Assembly (NCBI GenBank): GCA_016839815.1 | Contig: JAEOTM010000126.1 | Coordinates: forward strand, 1 to 11,633 | DNA from: Candidatus Hodarchaeota archaeon | GTDB lineage: Archaea > Asgardarchaeota > Heimdallarchaeia > Hodarchaeales > Hodarchaeaceae | Direction of reading: 5' to 3' | DNA length: 11,633 nt | Shown: positions 6,814-11,633 of the stretch, in pieces | How positions within the stretch are numbered: the stretch's first letter is position 1 | How the letters are laid out: each line of letters begins with the position of its first letter | Notes under the pieces: model-generated | The model's input: the letters and a program-made list of their open reading frames with translations, nothing else | Databases searched by the model: none | Told to the model about the DNA's origin: nothing | Translations under genes and position numbers: made by a program

Positions 6814-7347
6814 TTAGCTAGTATATTCCAAGATATTATTGCCTAGTTTTTCGAAGGCTGTTTCGACTCCTTCTCCAGATTTTGCGCTAGTTTCAATAAA
6901 TGGAACACCAAGTCTCTCTGCTAGCTTCTTTCCTTCATCTGTTGAAACTGTTTCTGCACCTTCTTCACGTAAGTCTAATTTATTCGCCAGAAGGACAACT
7001 GGAACATTCTTTTCCCGTCCACAGTTTTTCCACATGTCATTGAGCCATTTTTCTACATTATCGAATGTTTGACGGCGTGTTACATCATAAACTACAATTC
7101 CACCGAAGATTTTGGTATAGTAAGCCTGTACGACATCTTTGAATAGTGGTTGGCCTGCTAAATCCCAGATTTGCCATCTAATTTGGGTTTCACCGATGGA
7201 TGTATCATGAAGGGCAAAATCTGCTCCCATTGTGCTCAAATAGTCAGTCTCAAATCCTTGACCTAAGTATCGTTTGCGAAGAGATGTCTTTCCTACAGCT
7301 CCATCGCCTGCCAAAACAATTTTCCATAAACGAACATCATCACTCAT
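6814..7347 (-). CDS. Rab-like small GTPase (Ras superfamily)
   Basis: G1 GDGAVGKTS, G2 YLSTMGADF, G3 WDLAGQ, G4 NKLD and G5 ETSAK. RabF-like QIW, YY and VYDVT are present. AGGTGA RBS. No C-terminal Cys. Confidence 0.95.
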   Translation of the reverse strand: MSDDVRLWKIVLAGDGAVGKTSLRKRYLGQGFETDYLSTMGADFALHDTSIGETQIRWQIWDLAGQPLFKDVVQAYYTKIFGGIVVYDVTRRQTFDNVEKWLNDMWKNCGREKNVPVVLLANKLDLREEGAETVSTDEGKKLAERLGVPFIETSAKSGEGVETAFEKLGNNILEYTS

Positions 7348-7374
7348 TTATTTCACCTTTTATCTTATTAAACT

Positions 7375-8121
7375 TTAACTAGGGATTTTTAATGTGATAC
7401 AGGTGTCACTTACCCATTGTGTGAAAGTAATTTCTCCTTTAAATATTCGATCAACATATATTCTATAATCTTCCGCTGCAACTTCGGTTGGGATAATCAA
7501 AAACGCATCCTTGTTTTCAATTGGTTGCAAACGAATCATAGGCTTCTCCACTCTAGAAGCATCATCAGCAGTGGCTAGTTCTAATTCTAAAAGAAATAAA
7601 AAGTCTCTTGCCTTGATATCATCAAATCCATATTTTATCATATTATTATCAGGTGCTAAATCAAGGAGTACTCTACTCCATTCACTGATCCAATATTCAT
7701 CAGTGAACCAATATTCTAAATACTCGTTTCGTTCAGCTCTGAGTTCACTTAATACAACCATATAGCGAATCATTCCTTCACGAACACGTTTCATCAGATC
7801 AAGCCCAGGCTTATCATAGAGTTCATTTAGCTTAGCCCTTTCCTTGCTTAGTATAACCATAACCTTGACTAATTCTTCTAATTGCTTATCTGAAGCGATA
7901 GGGACGTATTTTGATACTTTCTCAAGCCACTTGATGGTGGAATCGAGCTCTGGTTTACTCACTTCACTCCCACGAATTCTCCTTAGAATTTCTTGAACCA
8001 AACTCTTATTTTTAATAATTTTTTCGTAGTCCTGCGGAGGCACAACGCGACGCTCTCTAAGCATGTCTTCAACTTTCACGCTAGCGTAATCCGAGTGTTG
8101 TCTTTCCAACTCATTTTTCAC
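7375..8121 (-). CDS. Hypothetical, mostly alpha-helical soluble protein
   Basis: 248-codon ORF with protein-like composition, 27 nt upstream of the GTPase on the same strand. No family recognised. GTG start. Confidence 0.75.
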   Translation of the reverse strand: MKNELERQHSDYASVKVEDMLRERRVVPPQDYEKIIKNKSLVQEILRRIRGSEVSKPELDSTIKWLEKVSKYVPIASDKQLEELVKVMVILSKERAKLNELYDKPGLDLMKRVREGMIRYMVVLSELRAERNEYLEYWFTDEYWISEWSRVLLDLAPDNNMIKYGFDDIKARDFLFLLELELATADDASRVEKPMIRLQPIENKDAFLIIPTEVAAEDYRIYVDRIFKGEITFTQWVSDTCITLKIPS

Positions 8122-8264
8122 CTTATTTAAACACGTTTCAGAAAGTATGATTGTATTAAATCAGTTTAGACACTTCTTTCTTCTAGCACATATATATCCT
8201 CTGATGCCACTTGCATAAAGTACCCTCTTGAGCTTCAGAAGTGAAAAAAATACGCTTTCCCTTC

Positions 8265-9956
8265 TTATTCAATGTTCGGAGTGACTTTACGTACATATCC
8301 TCTTCTAGTTAATTCTTCCAGCACCTCTAACTCAACGTTTTGATCACGAAAAGTGAATTTTGACGCTGATTCGGGGGTAAGAGTTTTTGATGCAAAAAGT
8401 GCTCTAGCTGTTGGACGTAGCTTCTCAGGAAGGTCAAGTAAACCCAGAGCATCAAAACCTTGTATTTGTACATATTTTGGAGGTTCTGTACAAGAACAAA
8501 GAGATCTTCCTGTTTCTTCTTCTATAGCAAGTTTGTTAGATCTAGGATTTATTCCCAAATTCAAGAGGAATTCATGTCTCTGGTTATGAGAGGTGGTAAA
8601 TTCGTAATAAAGTAGATGATGAATGGATACATCTGCAATATTTTCTGTAACATAGTTTTGAAAAGTTTCCTCTGGATCTATTCTGAGTTGGTCGCTATTT
8701 TCACGAAAATTCAGTATATTTTCTCGTAATTGAGAATTCACTGTGTTTATTTCAAAGATCCAATCCTCAAAGACAGAATCCACCAAGTTTTTTGCGTCTG
8801 CAAATCCCCCGATTTGTCCAGTTTCATTAAAATCAATTAATGCTTTCTTAAATTCGGTCTCAAAGCGATTAGTAAAGTTCAGTAATAAGTTTGAAAGAGT
8901 CTCGTCTTCTTTAGTACTATAAAGAATCCCTATTATATTCTTTCCATACTGGAAATCAATATAGGAATTTCCATTATCTATTCCTAATAAATCTCCCCGT
9001 CTACCAGCCGTTTCAGAAATCATATGAGCAATACTACTCAAGGCAGCCGTAATCAAGGCAGGGTTCTTCATCTCATCCTCAGCTTTGCCAAAAAAGTGAT
9101 AATACATTGTTGTTCCAGAGTACCTATCAGTCATAAACAATGCTTGAGGAGAAATTACTGATTTAGGGTCCAATAAACCCAGATTTCGGATTTCGACCGC
9201 ATTAGTTAACTTCCTAATGAAATCATAAAATATATTATTCACTCGAGAGAGTGGATTCTCTAATCCAAACACTCCTTGGTCTGTAAAATTATGAATATCC
9301 TGAATCCAAGGGATTACATAAAAGATAGGCCCACGTACTTTATTCTCGAGCTTTTTCAAAAATACATCGATCTTTTCTAATATCATGGGAGGATTTACCA
9401 TGTTTACGATTAATAATGTTGGAACGGTAAGAAAGTGAAAGAAGTTTTGGATTGAGGACCTAGTTAAGCTAATAGAGGGGTGCTTATCTGTTGAGATAAA
9501 CCAGACCATTTCACTTTCCAGTAAGGTTGCCATTGTAATCGAATTTTCTTCTAATGTTGTTGGGATGATAAATATTAATATATCTATGATGTCTTTAAAA
9601 AATAAAGAGTTCACTCGATGTCTAATCTTTCCTGGTAAGCCACTTTCATTTATCTGACAACCTGCAGATGGCAGTACTCTAACAAAAGAGCCTTGTTGTT
9701 CTTCTTCATGCAATAGTAGAGATTCATTTACGAGAATATCATCTGAAATTTCTGTAATGAACTCTGAACTACTGAAATGTGACTTGCCATACTTTGAAAG
9801 ACTATACCGTAATTTTTCTGTTAACGAAAAATCAACAATTAGGATTCTAGTTCCGGGATTTGATTTTGCATATGATAAGAAAACATTTAAGGCGAGAGTT
9901 TGCTTCCCAACACTTGAAGTTCGTGAATAAATGCTAATTACTTTTGGAAATTCCAT
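8265..9956 (-). CDS. Multidomain protein: degenerate MinD/ParA-type NTPase fold + longin-like domain + C-terminal wHTH
   Basis: aa 5-250: KVISIYSRTSSVGKQT, ILIVDF, VLPS, NMV and VIPW, in ParA/MinD order. aa 270-397: LFMTDRYSG..NPALITAALSSI..FTNRFETEF..F, an Asgard-type longin pattern. aa 505-558: LT..R..LEELTRRGYVRK wHTH. Confidence 0.7.
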   Translation of the reverse strand: MEFPKVISIYSRTSSVGKQTLALNVFLSYAKSNPGTRILIVDFSLTEKLRYSLSKYGKSHFSSSEFITEISDDILVNESLLLHEEEQQGSFVRVLPSAGCQINESGLPGKIRHRVNSLFFKDIIDILIFIIPTTLEENSITMATLLESEMVWFISTDKHPSISLTRSSIQNFFHFLTVPTLLIVNMVNPPMILEKIDVFLKKLENKVRGPIFYVIPWIQDIHNFTDQGVFGLENPLSRVNNIFYDFIRKLTNAVEIRNLGLLDPKSVISPQALFMTDRYSGTTMYYHFFGKAEDEMKNPALITAALSSIAHMISETAGRRGDLLGIDNGNSYIDFQYGKNIIGILYSTKEDETLSNLLLNFTNRFETEFKKALIDFNETGQIGGFADAKNLVDSVFEDWIFEINTVNSQLRENILNFRENSDQLRIDPEETFQNYVTENIADVSIHHLLYYEFTTSHNQRHEFLLNLGINPRSNKLAIEEETGRSLCSCTEPPKYVQIQGFDALGLLDLPEKLRPTARALFASKTLTPESASKFTFRDQNVELEVLEELTRRGYVRKVTPNIE

Positions 9957-10089
9957 AGATATTCCCCTACACTGACATTACTGTAGTCACCTTAAAGAGT
10001 TTGATGGTTTTGGCTAGTTGTGATTCGGAATTTAAATAAAAAAATCTGAGGTGGAGGTTAAAACTCTCTCAATCTCTCAAGATTTTGAG

Positions 10090-10935
10090 TTAATATTTGT
10101 AGAATCCTTCTCCTGATTTGCGCCCAATTTTTCCAGCACGGACCATTTTCCTCAAAAGAGGAGCTGCTTGAAATTTTACTCCTAATTCGTCCTTAAGATA
10201 ATCTAAAATATGAAGTATGGTATCTAAGCCTATTAAATCAGCTAAAACCAATGGACCCATTGGGTGATCCAAACCAAACTTAATAGATTTATCAATTTCT
10301 TCAGGTGTTCCCAGACCATCTTGTAGCATATAAACCCCTTCATTTATAACAGCAGAAACAAGACGAGTTGTAGTAAAACAAGGTAAATCGTTAATTAAAA
10401 CAGTTTCTTTTCCAATTTTTTTGCAATAAGCCAAAGATTGATCACACGTCTCATCAGATATTCTCTCCCCTTTGATAACTTCTACAAGTTTCATCATTGA
10501 AACAGGATTAAAAAAATGCAAGCCAATAAATCTTTTTTGGCGTTTTTCTGGAAGTTCAGACGCTAAATCAGTGATACTAATAGCAGATGTATTCGAAGCG
10601 AAAATACATTCATTAGAGCAGATAGAATCTAATTTGCTATAAGTGGCCTTCTTAAGGGCGATATATTCAGGAATTGTTTCAATAATTAACTCACTTGGCT
10701 TAAAATCCTTTAAATCAAGAGAAGGAGAAATTCGACCCATGATCTGTGGAATTTCGTCATCAGATAATTTGTTTTTCTTAACCATACGCGTTAGGGATTT
10801 CTTAATTTCCTTCTAACCGTGATCTATAAATTTTTGATCAATATCGTATAAAATTATGTCGTAACCTGCAATTGCAGATACTTGAGCTATTCCATTCCCC
10901 ATTATTCCAGCACCTAATACTCCAATTGTCTTCAT
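10090..10935 (-). pseudogene. hbd: 3-hydroxybutyryl/3-hydroxyacyl-CoA dehydrogenase interrupted by an in-frame TAG at codon 41
   Basis: ATG at 10935 gives MKTIGVLGAGIMGNGIAQV...DHG*KEIKKSLTRMVKK, in frame with the 231-aa ORF (ASNTS, GLHFFNP, HPMGPL, GRKSGEGFY). The TAG is at 10813-10815. The full length would be 281 aa. Confidence 0.8.
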
Positions 10936-11110
10936 TATTAATAATCTCCGTTCATTACGCAAATAACCGCCAATTTATTAGCTTTTTTCTGACAACTAAA
11001 AATAGAAGTGATCTACCGTAAAATCACATAACTAGTAGATAATCATATGAACGAGTTAGTATCTGAAGGTAGTTAATCATCACATAACTTTTCTCCGAGG
11101 CTACTGCTTC

Positions 11111-11633
11111 ATGAATTTAGAAACACAAGACCAATTCCCCAATGTGCGTTTATCCTTAGATGAAGTAGGAATTACTGATTTTCGAACTCAAATTTCGATT
11201 ACAAGAGGAACTAAGATTTATCGCTATACAACCAAGATTACTGTGGTGATAAATCTCCCTCCTTCAAAAAAGGGAGTTCACATGTCTCGATTTATCGAAT
11301 CAATTTCAGAGATCTTATCAAGTAAAACTGACTCATTTTATTCTCTAGAGGAAATGTCAATCCAAGTTTTACAGGAATTAAACTCTCGGCACCCATTTGA
11401 CACAGGTATGATTTCTTTATCCTTCGATTTTTTTACTCCAAGGCTTACACCAGTATCGAAGCGAAATTCTATAGAAAATTATCAAGGATTACTAGTAACA
11501 AGCTGGAAGAAAGGATCTGTAATACATGAGCTCTCATTGGGTACATCTGGAAGTACTGCGTGCCCTCATGCCTTAGCAAACAATGAATTATATCGAACCC
11601 ATATTCAGAGAGCTTATGCTGAACTTACATTAA
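11111..11633 (+). CDS. mptA: GTP cyclohydrolase MptA/FolE2 (type IB/IV), 3'-truncated by the window edge
   Basis: Manual translation from ATG 11111 is open to the window end: ETQD..SLDEVGI, LPPSKKGVHMSRF, TPVS, GSTACPHA and THIQR. It is absent from the ORF track because there is no stop in the window. Confidence 0.88.
   Translation, partial: MNLETQDQFPNVRLSLDEVGITDFRTQISITRGTKIYRYTTKITVVINLPPSKKGVHMSRFIESISEILSSKTDSFYSLEEMSIQVLQELNSRHPFDTGMISLSFDFFTPRLTPVSKRNSIENYQGLLVTSWKKGSVIHELSLGTSGSTACPHALANNELYRTHIQRAYAELTL

Noticed and set aside
6839-7765. 77-, 60- and 84-aa plus-strand ORFs
   Set aside because: Antisense shadows of the GTPase and the orphan gene.
8076-8114. 12-codon out-of-frame mini-ORF (MSWKDNTRITLA) after GGTGA
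   Set aside because: The SD-ATG spacing is only 3 nt and the GTG within GGTGA opens the long frame. There is no other support.
8353-8589. 78-aa plus-strand ORF
   Set aside because: Antisense to the 563-aa gene.
10090-10785. 231-aa ORF as a complete dehydrogenase
   Set aside because: It lacks the NAD-binding N-terminus, which is encoded in frame upstream beyond a TAG. The real start is 10935.
1-11633. CRISPR arrays, transposases, integrases, rRNA or tRNA genes
   Set aside because: No regularly spaced repeats or recognisable motifs were seen.

Overview
AT-rich archaeal DNA, most consistent with an Asgard archaeon (Heimdallarchaeia-like). This is inferred from a Rab-like GTPase, two roadblock/LC7 proteins, an Asgard-type longin-like domain and an MptA-type GTP cyclohydrolase. 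Housekeeping genes flank the window: a wHTH regulator, Maf, tryptophanase, Rib7/ArfC reductase, a 3-hydroxyacyl-CoA dehydrogenase interrupted by an in-frame TAG, and a partial mptA/folE2. The centre (4075-9956) is a cluster of eukaryotic-signature-like genes: a zinc-ribbon/Yip1-like membrane protein, two tandem dynein-roadblock-like proteins, a coiled-coil-wHTH protein, a non-prenylated Rab-like GTPase, an orphan helical protein, and a degenerate MinD/ParA-longin-wHTH fusion. Two non-coding structured RNA candidates were found by eye: an RNase P-like 3' half at 1-170, and a multi-helix leader with a possible pseudoknot (3074-3178, minus strand) abutting the RBS of a small zinc-ribbon gene. All family calls come from motif recognition; no searches were run.
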